Positions 28,265 through 35,270 of a stretch of 64,000 nt of DNA are shown here, piece after piece. The first letter of the stretch is position 1. Each line of letters begins with the position of its first letter. A program made the position numbers and the translations under genes. The DNA is from Eubacteriales bacterium (GTDB lineage Bacteria > Bacillota > Clostridia > Oscillospirales > CAG-272), in NCBI GenBank assembly GCA_045546615.1, contig JAZQDD010000023.1:40296-104295 (forward strand). The letters are read 5' to 3'. The notes under the pieces were generated by a model. That model was given only the letters and a program-made list of their open reading frames with translations, was not told the origin of the DNA and searched no databases.

Positions 28265-29092
28265 TCACTTTTTAAGAAGTACCGCACGTTCTATACCCGA
28301 AAGGTCGGGGAAAATCTCGGCTGTATAACCAAGACCGCGTGAAAAATCGGCAACCGAGTGTGCCATGCCGATTCCGACCTCGTAAAGGATAAAACCACCG
28401 TCATTAAGCAGGGCATCGGCTCGGCGGGTAATCGCGCGATAAAAATCATAGCCGTCCTCACCGCCGTCAAGGGCGCGGCGCGGCTCAAAGGCAAGCTCGG
28501 GCGCAAGTGTGTCGACCTCTGCGGCGGCAATGTATGGGGGATTTGATATGATGGCATCAAAACGCTCGCCCATGAGAAGCTCGGGAGAAAGAGCATCGTC
28601 AACACGCGTGGTAAACCTGTCCGCCACACCGTTGGACTGTGCGTTTGCGGCGGCGGCGGCAAGCGCATGCTCGCTTATATCAACTCCGACGGCGGATACG
28701 TCGGGGCGGCTGTGCAAAACGGATACCGCGATAGCTCCGCTACCCGTGCCGATATCGCAAAACCGCGCACACGGCGGAAGCAGTTTTATTGCTTTCTCAA
28801 CTATCGTCTCCGTGTCGGGGCGAGGGATAAGTGTGTCGGCATTAAGAGAAAAAGGCAAGCCAAAAAACTCCCACTCACCGAGGATGTACTGGATAGGCTC
28901 TCGTGTCTCGCGGCGGCAAAGCGCCGCCTCAAGCTCGGGGGAGGAAAAATCCTTATCCCGAGAAAGCAAAAGGTCAGCAAAGGATATACCGCAAAAACGC
29001 TCAAAGAGCAGACGCACTTCAAATTCTGCATCCTCAATTCCCGCACAGGAAAGACGATAAACAGCATCCCGATAAGTCACAGACGCCTCCAT
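28265..29092 (-). CDS. prmC: Release factor glutamine methyltransferase
   Basis: LIPRPDTE, DIGTGSG, SNPPY. Confidence 0.93.
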   Translation of the reverse strand: MEASVTYRDAVYRLSCAGIEDAEFEVRLLFERFCGISFADLLLSRDKDFSSPELEAALCRRETREPIQYILGEWEFFGLPFSLNADTLIPRPDTETIVEKAIKLLPPCARFCDIGTGSGAIAVSVLHSRPDVSAVGVDISEHALAAAAANAQSNGVADRFTTRVDDALSPELLMGERFDAIISNPPYIAAAEVDTLAPELAFEPRRALDGGEDGYDFYRAITRRADALLNDGGFILYEVGIGMAHSVADFSRGLGYTAEIFPDLSGIERAVLLKK

Positions 29093-29261
29093 AAAAATAA
29101 ATATTCATCATATTTTATCATAAAAAAACCAAAAAATAAATAGTTTTTTATTATAAAATATAGGGAAACAAAAAAATTATTATTTTTTTATAATTTTAAT
29201 GTTGCAAAATGACAAAAATATGGTATACTGTAATTGATAAATAAAAACGGAGGTAACCGCC

Positions 29262-29501
29262 ATGTATGAAAGAAGATCCGAAAAGCCCAGCTATTTTAAG
29301 ATAGTTCTTATCGTAATTGCTGTTGTAGCGGCAATGGCAGCTATCGCAGGCATCATCTGTGCCATTGGCAAGAAGAAGAAGGCAGCCATCTGTGATTGCG
29401 ATTGCGACTGTGAATGCGATTGCGACGAGCTTTTCTTCGATGACGAGGATTTCTGCGACGATGTAGAAGTCGAGATCGAGGACGCTGTTGAGGCTGAATA
29501 A
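29262..29501 (+). CDS. Small membrane-anchored Cys/Asp-rich acidic protein
   Basis: GGAGG RBS, own promoter and terminator; TM helix followed by CDCDCDCECDCDE. Confidence 0.75.
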   Translation: MYERRSEKPSYFKIVLIVIAVVAAMAAIAGIICAIGKKKKAAICDCDCDCECDCDELFFDDEDFCDDVEVEIEDAVEAE

Positions 29502-29507
29502 TTAAGA

Positions 29508-29536
29508 AAAAAGCTGTGCCGTGGCACAGCTTTTTT
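29508..29536 (+). terminator. Intrinsic terminator
   Basis: AGCTGTGCC-GT-GGCACAGCTTTTTT. Confidence 0.8.
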
Positions 29537-29551
29537 ATGTGGACTGCGGAG

Positions 29552-29594
29552 TTTTCCCCACTTTCCACATAGTTTTCCACATTTTTTATCCACA
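29552..29594 (+). promoter_or_regulatory. Cluster of tandem DnaA boxes
   Basis: TTTTCCCCA (29552), CTTTCCACA (29561), TTTTCCACA (29573) and perfect TTATCCACA (29586). Confidence 0.6.
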
Positions 29595-29679
29595 AATTGC
29601 CAAAAATCCGCCTCAAAGCGCACTAAAGAGCCAAAAAATCAGAAAAAAAGAAAAAAAGAAGAAAAAATCAAAAAAACAC

Positions 29680-29708
29680 TTGATTTATCATAATTAATGT
29701 GATATAAT
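29680..29708 (+). promoter_or_regulatory. tRNA-Trp promoter
   Basis: TTGATT-17-TATAAT with TG and an A-rich upstream tract. Confidence 0.65.
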
Positions 29709-29721
29709 ACTCATGTTGTAC

Positions 29722-29797
29722 AGGGGTATAGCTCAGTTGGTAGAGTACTGGTCTCCAAAACCATGGGTCGTGGGTTCGAGTCCTTCTGCCCCTGCCA
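29722..29797 (+). tRNA. tRNA-Trp (CCA)
   Basis: AGGGGTA acceptor stem, D-arm GCTCAGTTGGTAGAGT, anticodon loop CT-CCA-AA, GGTTCGA T-loop, encoded CCA end. Confidence 0.95.
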
Positions 29798-29834
29798 AAA
29801 ATAACGGATAGCCATTCGGCTATCCGTTATTTTT
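29798..29834 (+). terminator. tRNA terminator
   Basis: AAAATAACGGATAGCC-ATTC-GGCTATCCGTTATTTT. Confidence 0.8.
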
Positions 29835-29858
29835 CGTAGTGAGCCAAAAGCGAAAAAC

Positions 29859-29964
29859 CCCTCCAAATTGCTTGCAATTTGGACATAGTTCGCGCTACCG
29901 CTCGTTTTGGCACACCGCCGCATTATGCGCGAACTGCGGGTTCTGAGTCCTTCTGCCCCTGCCA
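29859..29964 (+). repeat. 86-bp structured repeat (copy 1) fused to a duplicated tRNA-Trp 3' end
   Basis: 29859-29944 is identical to 32098-32183. 29938-29964 (GGGTTCTGAGTCCTTCTGCCCCTGCCA) repeats the tRNA 3' end with one substitution. Confidence 0.85.
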
Positions 29965-29966
29965 AG

Positions 29967-30000
29967 AAAAAAGCCATTCGCGTAAGCGGATGGCTTTTTT
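29967..30000 (+). terminator. Terminator immediately before array family 2
   Basis: AAAAAAGCCATTCGC-GTAA-GCGGATGGCTTTTT. Confidence 0.75.
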
Positions 30001-30002
30001 CA

Positions 30003-30257
30003 GTGAAATTCGCCTGCGGCGAGTGAAATACTCCTTCGGAGCGTGAAATATGCTTCGCATGTGAAATGCGCTTCGCGCGTGAGGAGGCGAATTTTATTTC
30101 ACATTGCGACGAAGGAGCAATATTTCACAATTTCCGCCAGGAAATTATTTCACATTTTGCCGTGAGGCAAAATATTTCACTAAAGATCAAAAATTCAGAG
30201 TATCACTTCAAATACGCAAAAAACTATTTCACATTCGGCGCACGCCGAATATTTCAC
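30003..30257. repeat. Motif-hairpin inverted array, family 2 (GTGAAAT x4 / ATTTCAC x6)
   Basis: GTGAAAT at 30003, 30023, 30043, 30061; ATTTCAC at 30096, 30122, 30147, 30174, 30226, 30251. Most spacers are hairpins. Confidence 0.9.
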
Positions 30258-30286
30258 TTGAAAAAATATCGGATTTATGATATAAT
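30258..30286 (+). promoter_or_regulatory. sigmaA promoter abutting the last array unit
   Basis: TTGAAA-17-(TG)TATAAT. Confidence 0.7.
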
Positions 30287-30309
30287 AACGGCGAAAAGGC
30301 GGTGCATAT

Positions 30310-30657
30310 ATGGCAGAATCAAAACTTCGGGAACTATCAACAGACTTTGCTGTTAAGGTAATTAAGCTGTGCGACAATGTAAAAGGTCACTATTCCCTCG
30401 TAAATCAGTTGGAGCGTTCATCTACCTCTATTGGCGCAAACATTCATGAAGCAAATTATGCTCATAGCAAAGCTGACTTTGTTGCCAAATTTCAGATTGC
30501 CCTGAAAGAGTGCTACGAAACGGAATATTGGATCGAAATTGCGCAAAAAGCTAATATCATTTCAGAAGAAATCGCCAAAAGCGTTTTGCACGATTGCGGT
30601 TCTATACGCAGGATGTTAATCGCCTCGATCAACACGGCGAAAGGAGATAAGCAATGA
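30310..30657 (+). CDS. Four-helix-bundle protein (TIGR02436 / bAvd-like), paralog 2
   Basis: QLERSSTSIGANIHEAN...DFVAKFQIALKECYETEYWI. Confidence 0.92.
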   Translation: MAESKLRELSTDFAVKVIKLCDNVKGHYSLVNQLERSSTSIGANIHEANYAHSKADFVAKFQIALKECYETEYWIEIAQKANIISEEIAKSVLHDCGSIRRMLIASINTAKGDKQ

Positions 30658-31034
30658 AACTTCCCAAATATGTAAGAATACAAGGGCGCGAAATCGCGTG
30701 GAAAACAAAAAAGCCCGTGGGAATATTTATTTTGAATTGGCGTAGAATACGTGACAATATTTATAGTTCCGAAGATGTTAAGCTTTATGATGAAACACAT
30801 CAATGGTTTCTTGATAATTTACCGCAACCACCATTTTATGGTGACAACAATGATAATCCACAAGGAGCTATTACATATTTCAAAACCGAAAATTCAGATG
30901 TGATGTTGGAAAAAATACAACCCTTGATAGATTTACTTGATAAATATGATATCCCTTACGATATCGTTTACACGAATTATGTTGGTAAAATTATTTATGA
31001 AGATGATTATCAAGTCGGTGTTATTGATACATAA
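30654..31034 (+). CDS. Hypothetical protein, translationally coupled to the four-helix-bundle gene
   Basis: ATGA overlap and AAGGAG RBS; ends in GKIIYEDDYQV. Confidence 0.75.
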   Translation: MKLPKYVRIQGREIAWKTKKPVGIFILNWRRIRDNIYSSEDVKLYDETHQWFLDNLPQPPFYGDNNDNPQGAITYFKTENSDVMLEKIQPLIDLLDKYDIPYDIVYTNYVGKIIYEDDYQVGVIDT

Positions 31035-31188
31035 GATTCGTTACAAGCATGGCACGAAAGCCCGACAGACCTCGGACAACTTTTTGCTCCCCTCATCGCC
31101 AAGGGATAAGTCTATCCGCTGACCTTGAAACACGGATCGATTTCGAAAAAACTTGCGGTATGGATTGATTTTGAAAGGGTATCACAGC

Positions 31189-31228
31189 AAAAAACGCACT
31201 TTTGTCTACCGACAAAGGTGCGTTTTTT
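31189..31228 (+). terminator. Terminator immediately before array family 3
   Basis: AAAAAACGCACTTTTGTC-TACC-GACAAAGGTGCGTTTTTT. Confidence 0.75.
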
Positions 31229-31229
31229 G

Positions 31230-31383
31230 AATGATGTTTGCCTTCGGCAAATGATGTTGGCTTGCGCCAATGATGACGGCTTCGCCACATTTTGGGGCAA
31301 ACATCGCATCATTGCGAGTGAAACGAGCAACATCATTTTGAGCGAAGCGAAAAACATCATATCGCCGCAAGGCGATGCATCAT
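31230..31383. repeat. Motif-hairpin inverted array, family 3 (ATGATG x3 / CATCAT x4)
   Basis: ATGATG at 31231, 31251, 31270; CATCAT at 31307, 31331, 31355, 31378; hairpin spacers. Confidence 0.85.
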
Positions 31384-31412
31384 TTGACATACAAGCGAAT
31401 TTATGCTATAAT
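31384..31412 (+). promoter_or_regulatory. Consensus sigmaA promoter abutting the last array unit
   Basis: TTGACA-17-(TG)TATAAT. Confidence 0.8.
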
Positions 31413-31436
31413 AAGACAAAGAAAGGCGGTGGAAAA

Positions 31437-31964
31437 ATGAAAACAGAGTCAAAAAACATATTAACGCGAGAAAACTGTAAAGCAGAGCTTAAGCGGTTAT
31501 CCAAATCAAGGCTAATGCAAGATTCGGTTGTGTTGGCAGTATTACTGTTGATATTTGTTCCACTTTTTCTTTTATCGATGTATTTAGCCAAATATATTTT
31601 AATTTTGGGAATTGGTTTTGCTTTGATATGTGCTATTTTCCCTGCTATGTTTGTTTATAGAATTATACGAGATGTGACGTTCTCAAAAATGATCGAGCAA
31701 AATGGCTTTTCAATTGTGAAGGATACTGTTTCTCGCATATCTCTCGATGAAATTCCCAAAAGTTATGCCGAAGGTCGTCGTACAGTGAACGTGATTTATT
31801 TTGCAAAGCACGGAAGATGCGTTGCGCCAAAAGTAAGAACTCCATTTGACTTTTCTGCCCCTGGCGATGAATTTTATCTTGTTGTCCTGCATAAAAAAGA
31901 GGAAATTGTCTTTGCCTATAATTCCACAATGTACAACTGTAACGAATTAGATGTAACCAAATGA
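31437..31964 (+). CDS. Hypothetical membrane protein (two TM helices)
   Basis: ATG at 31437 after AAAGGCGGTG; the longer ORF extension merely reads through the array. Confidence 0.7.
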   Translation: MKTESKNILTRENCKAELKRLSKSRLMQDSVVLAVLLLIFVPLFLLSMYLAKYILILGIGFALICAIFPAMFVYRIIRDVTFSKMIEQNGFSIVKDTVSRISLDEIPKSYAEGRRTVNVIYFAKHGRCVAPKVRTPFDFSAPGDEFYLVVLHKKEEIVFAYNSTMYNCNELDVTK

Positions 31965-32097
31965 ATAATCTTACGGGGCTTCAGACACCTTTTGTTCGTT
32001 TTTACCCTTGTTTAGACACCTTTTATCACGTTTAAAGCAAGAAGAAAAGAAGTCGGTGGCTTCTTTTCTTTTTATCAGCGGATAGTAAAACGAAGAA

Positions 32098-32191
32098 CCC
32101 TCCAAATTGCTTGCAATTTGGACATAGTTCGCGCTACCGCTCGTTTTGGCACACCGCCGCATTATGCGCGAACTGCGGGTTCTTTCTGCCA
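32098..32191 (+). repeat. 86-bp structured repeat (copy 2) with eroded tRNA 3' end
   Basis: Identical to 29859-29944, followed by TTCTGCCA. Confidence 0.85.
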
Positions 32192-32231
32192 AAATCTTAT
32201 ACAAAAGTACGAAATTTGTTTTTTATTTTAC

Positions 32232-32753
32232 TTATTTTTCTAAATCTTCAGGCTCGCCGAAAATATGTTTTTCCACGTATGCCATCATTCTGTTATTCAA
32301 AATAATATAATAAAATGCTAAAACCATGCCCGCGGTTCCCGATATAACTATCATATCAACATCCAAAAACTTCATAGATAAAATCAAGCTCAACCACATA
32401 ACACCGCAAAGAATAAATGTAAAAATATTTTTCCGACACCATCTTTTCTTCCAAAAGTCCTGTTTATCCTTTAACGTAAAAGCGCTTGCCTCCAGAGTTT
32501 CCTTAATGTTTGATTCCGCCATTTTCTTATATTCCGCGGCGTTTAATCTTCTGCCGCTTATAAGCTCGTTTATCGTCAGTCCGTAAATGTCACTAAGCTC
32601 TGATAGCATTTCCACGGGGGGCATATATGTTCCCGTTTCCCATCTTGAAATAGTTTTATTGGACACACCAAGTCTTTCTCCAAGCTCGGCTTGCGTAAGA
32701 CCATGTTCTTTACGAAGCTCCGCAAGAAAGCTTCCCATTTTTACCATATCCAT
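32232..32753 (-). CDS. XRE HTH regulator with C-terminal TM helices
   Basis: LTQAELGERLGVSNKTISRWETG plus two TM segments. Confidence 0.85.
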   Translation of the reverse strand: MDMVKMGSFLAELRKEHGLTQAELGERLGVSNKTISRWETGTYMPPVEMLSELSDIYGLTINELISGRRLNAAEYKKMAESNIKETLEASAFTLKDKQDFWKKRWCRKNIFTFILCGVMWLSLILSMKFLDVDMIVISGTAGMVLAFYYIILNNRMMAYVEKHIFGEPEDLEK

Positions 32754-33044
32754 TGTTTTCCCTCCTTATGATGATCAATACAACGTAATTGTATCACAAA
32801 ATCTTTTATTTGTCTTTACCATAAACAGAGAATTCACATATAAATCTCAAAATCATAAGTTTTTATCAATTTTCTTTTCCCATAGAAAAACAAGGACTGT
32901 TTTTATGGACGCGAAACGGTTGAATTTTCCGATTTTTTGTGATACAATAGTCGAAAGACGCAGGATATCTTAATAATAAATACTGCGAAAAACGTTCACG
33001 CTAAATAATACACATTTCATTTATAACAAAAAAGGAGAATTCCT

Positions 33045-33818
33045 ATGACAAAATTACAAGCACACAGAGGTGTAAGCTCCGACTATCCCGAAAACACGCT
33101 GATAGCCTTTCGCGCGGCGGTGAATGAGGGATACGCCATCATCGAGCTTGACCCCAAATACACCGCGGACGGCGAGTTCGTGATGCTACACGACCATTCC
33201 TTAAAGCGCACAGCAAGAGATAAGAACGGCAACGCGCCCGACGCATTGATACGCGACCTTACCTTGGCGCAGGCAAGAGAGTACGAATACGGCTCGTGGA
33301 TGAACGAGTCCTTCCGCGGCGAGACAATACCTACGCTGTCAGACGTGTTGGACTTTTCAGAGAAAAATCCCGCCGTTCCGCTGAAATTTGATAACGTTTG
33401 GACTACGTTCCCCGAGGAGCTTCGCGCGACATTTCTTGGGAAAATAGCGGAGCGAGGCGAACGCGTAAGCGTAGGTCTTACCTGCGGCACGCTTGAGTCA
33501 CTAAAGCAAGCCGCCGCCCTTCCCCGCGCCGCGCTCCACTACGACGGCGGTGATCTTAGCGAGGACACGCTGAACGCTGTATCGCGTATTGCCGAGGGGC
33601 ATGAGCTTATTATCTGGATCTGCCACGACAACCCGCGAACCTCTTGGTTCAAAGGCGAAAAAGCCACTCCGGAGCTTTGCGACAGAGTGCGCAAATATGC
33701 GAAGATCGGAATTTGGCTTATCAACAAGCCCGACGAGCTTGATGAAGCTATACGCGTGCTTCGGGCAGATTATGTCGAAACCAACGGCTGGATCAAGCCC
33801 TGCCAGATCAAGGGCTGA
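33045..33818 (+). CDS. Glycerophosphodiester phosphodiesterase family protein
   Basis: AHRG, PENTLIAF, IELD, HD, IPTL. Confidence 0.85.
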   Translation: MTKLQAHRGVSSDYPENTLIAFRAAVNEGYAIIELDPKYTADGEFVMLHDHSLKRTARDKNGNAPDALIRDLTLAQAREYEYGSWMNESFRGETIPTLSDVLDFSEKNPAVPLKFDNVWTTFPEELRATFLGKIAERGERVSVGLTCGTLESLKQAAALPRAALHYDGGDLSEDTLNAVSRIAEGHELIIWICHDNPRTSWFKGEKATPELCDRVRKYAKIGIWLINKPDELDEAIRVLRADYVETNGWIKPCQIKG

Positions 33819-33947
33819 CCTTTGATCTGGCATTGATTTATAGCTAAAAAGCACCTCGGGTAGTTTATCCTGCAACACACATTGAAAAGAGGCTACCCGT
33901 CTCCCGTCTCAACAAATTCTAAAATCCCAAAGTTAATGAGAGAGCAA

Positions 33948-34337
33948 ATGAAAAAGAAATTATATTATGCAATGCCCTTTATAGCAGTTCCCGCATTGAT
34001 GCTGCTATGTGAGCTGTTTGATACTTTGGGGCTGATTCAAATGTCGCCCTACATAATAGCAGTATGCTTACTGCTCGTGTCTGCCGCTTTCGGCTTTTTT
34101 TCCTCATCAGAGAATGTTTTTGATTATGTGATGACGGTTATCATGCCATTATCCATGTTTTGCTTTATGTTCATTATAGGATTTTTAAGCAAAAGCGATA
34201 TGGAAACTCGTTTTCACCTATATAAAGCCGTAGATGCGTCCTTTCAACCCTTTACTTTGTTGTTGTGTCTTTCTATGGCGATCGTTACCCTGCTGACCTC
34301 GCTTAAACGCTTTAGAAACCTCAAAAAACGCATCTAA
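33948..34337 (+). CDS. Hypothetical membrane protein
   Basis: Four hydrophobic segments. Confidence 0.65.
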   Translation: MKKKLYYAMPFIAVPALMLLCELFDTLGLIQMSPYIIAVCLLLVSAAFGFFSSSENVFDYVMTVIMPLSMFCFMFIIGFLSKSDMETRFHLYKAVDASFQPFTLLLCLSMAIVTLLTSLKRFRNLKKRI

Positions 34338-34350
34338 ACCGATAAATATA

Positions 34351-34379
34351 AAAACCCCGACATCCGCTGTCGGGGTTTT
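34351..34379. terminator. Bidirectional terminator
   Basis: AAAACCCCGACA-TCCGC-TGTCGGGGTTTT. Confidence 0.8.
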
Positions 34380-34408
34380 ATAATGCTTATGAGAGATGCA
34401 AAAAGCAT

Positions 34409-34867
34409 TCACGCTCCGAGGTACTCAAGCACCTCGGTGGGGTTCGTGTCGGGTTTTACCTTCGGCATTACCACCTCGACAATGCCGTTTTCGTCAATCA
34501 CAAAGGTCGTGCGCACTACGCCCATGCTGACCTTGCCGCACATCTTCTTTTCCTGCCATACGCCGTACGCCTCGATAGCGGAAAGCTCGGGGTCGGAAAG
34601 AAGCACGAAAGGAAGCTCGTACTTTGCGGCAAATTTTGCGTGCGAGGCAACGCTGTCGCGGCTGATGCCGATAACAACGGCATTCACCGTGCGAAAGCCC
34701 TCATACGCCGCCGCAAAGGCACACGCCTGACGGGTACAGCCGGGAGTATTATCCTTTGGATAAAAGTAAAGCACTACCTTCTTACCGCGAAAATCAGACA
34801 GCGACACCTCATTTCCATCCTTGTCAAGCAGGGTGAAATCGGGTGCTTTTTCTCCGATGCCTATCAT
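34409..34867 (-). CDS. bcp: Thioredoxin-dependent thiol peroxidase (BCP)
   Basis: YFYPKDNTPGCTRQAC. Confidence 0.92.
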   Translation of the reverse strand: MIGIGEKAPDFTLLDKDGNEVSLSDFRGKKVVLYFYPKDNTPGCTRQACAFAAAYEGFRTVNAVVIGISRDSVASHAKFAAKYELPFVLLSDPELSAIEAYGVWQEKKMCGKVSMGVVRTTFVIDENGIVEVVMPKVKPDTNPTEVLEYLGA

Positions 34868-34868
34868 T

Positions 34869-35243
34869 TTACGCTTTCCAAAGGCTGTGGAGGTTGCAGT
34901 ATGCGTAAACTGCCTCAACCTCGTCGCCATCGCAAACCGAGAAGCAAACAACAGGCTTTTCGCCGGGTGCAAGGGGCTTTCTCTGGTTGCCGTACTTGGT
35001 CTGCAACGATACCCACTCGATATAATGCTCCTCTGTCATGGGATGCTCTACCGCACCAACGGTAACGATTACCTTGTTGCCCTCTACCTTGTATACGGGA
35101 ACGTGCTTTTCAACCGACGCGTCGGTAGTGCCGGGGATGATCTCCTTCATTTTCTGACCGCAGCACATCATGGGGACACCCTTGTCCTTTACCATTGCTA
35201 CGATATTTCCGCAATGCTCACATCTTAAAAATCTCTGTTCCAT
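34869..35243 (-). CDS. dfx: Desulfoferrodoxin (superoxide reductase)
   Basis: CEHCGN..CCG, EKHVP, HPM..EHYI, CNLH. Confidence 0.93.
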   Translation of the reverse strand: MEQRFLRCEHCGNIVAMVKDKGVPMMCCGQKMKEIIPGTTDASVEKHVPVYKVEGNKVIVTVGAVEHPMTEEHYIEWVSLQTKYGNQRKPLAPGEKPVVCFSVCDGDEVEAVYAYCNLHSLWKA

Positions 35244-35270
35244 TTTTTTATCTCCTTTAAAATATTTATT

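Noticed and set aside
29552-29680. oriC
   Set aside because: Few boxes and none of the usual origin-flanking genes; kept only as a DnaA-box cluster.
29938-29964. Second tRNA gene
   Set aside because: Only the T-arm and acceptor 3' half is present.
30003-30257. CRISPR array
   Set aside because: Repeats are only 7 nt, invert midway, spacers are short self-complementary hairpins, and there are no cas genes.
30003-30257. Rex operators (GTGAA/TTCAC half-sites; rex is in the window)
   Set aside because: The half-sites are never arranged as TTGTGAA-N4-TTCACAA.
30310-30657. 23S rRNA intervening sequence
   Set aside because: No rRNA sequence flanks either four-helix-bundle gene.
31125-31436. N-terminal extension of the 279-aa ORF, and ORFs 30066-30356 and 29711-29977
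   Set aside because: They read through terminators, arrays or the tRNA; the real starts follow the downstream promoters and RBSs.
31983-32025. AGACACCTTT direct repeat
   Set aside because: Only two 10-11 bp copies; insufficient support for a function.
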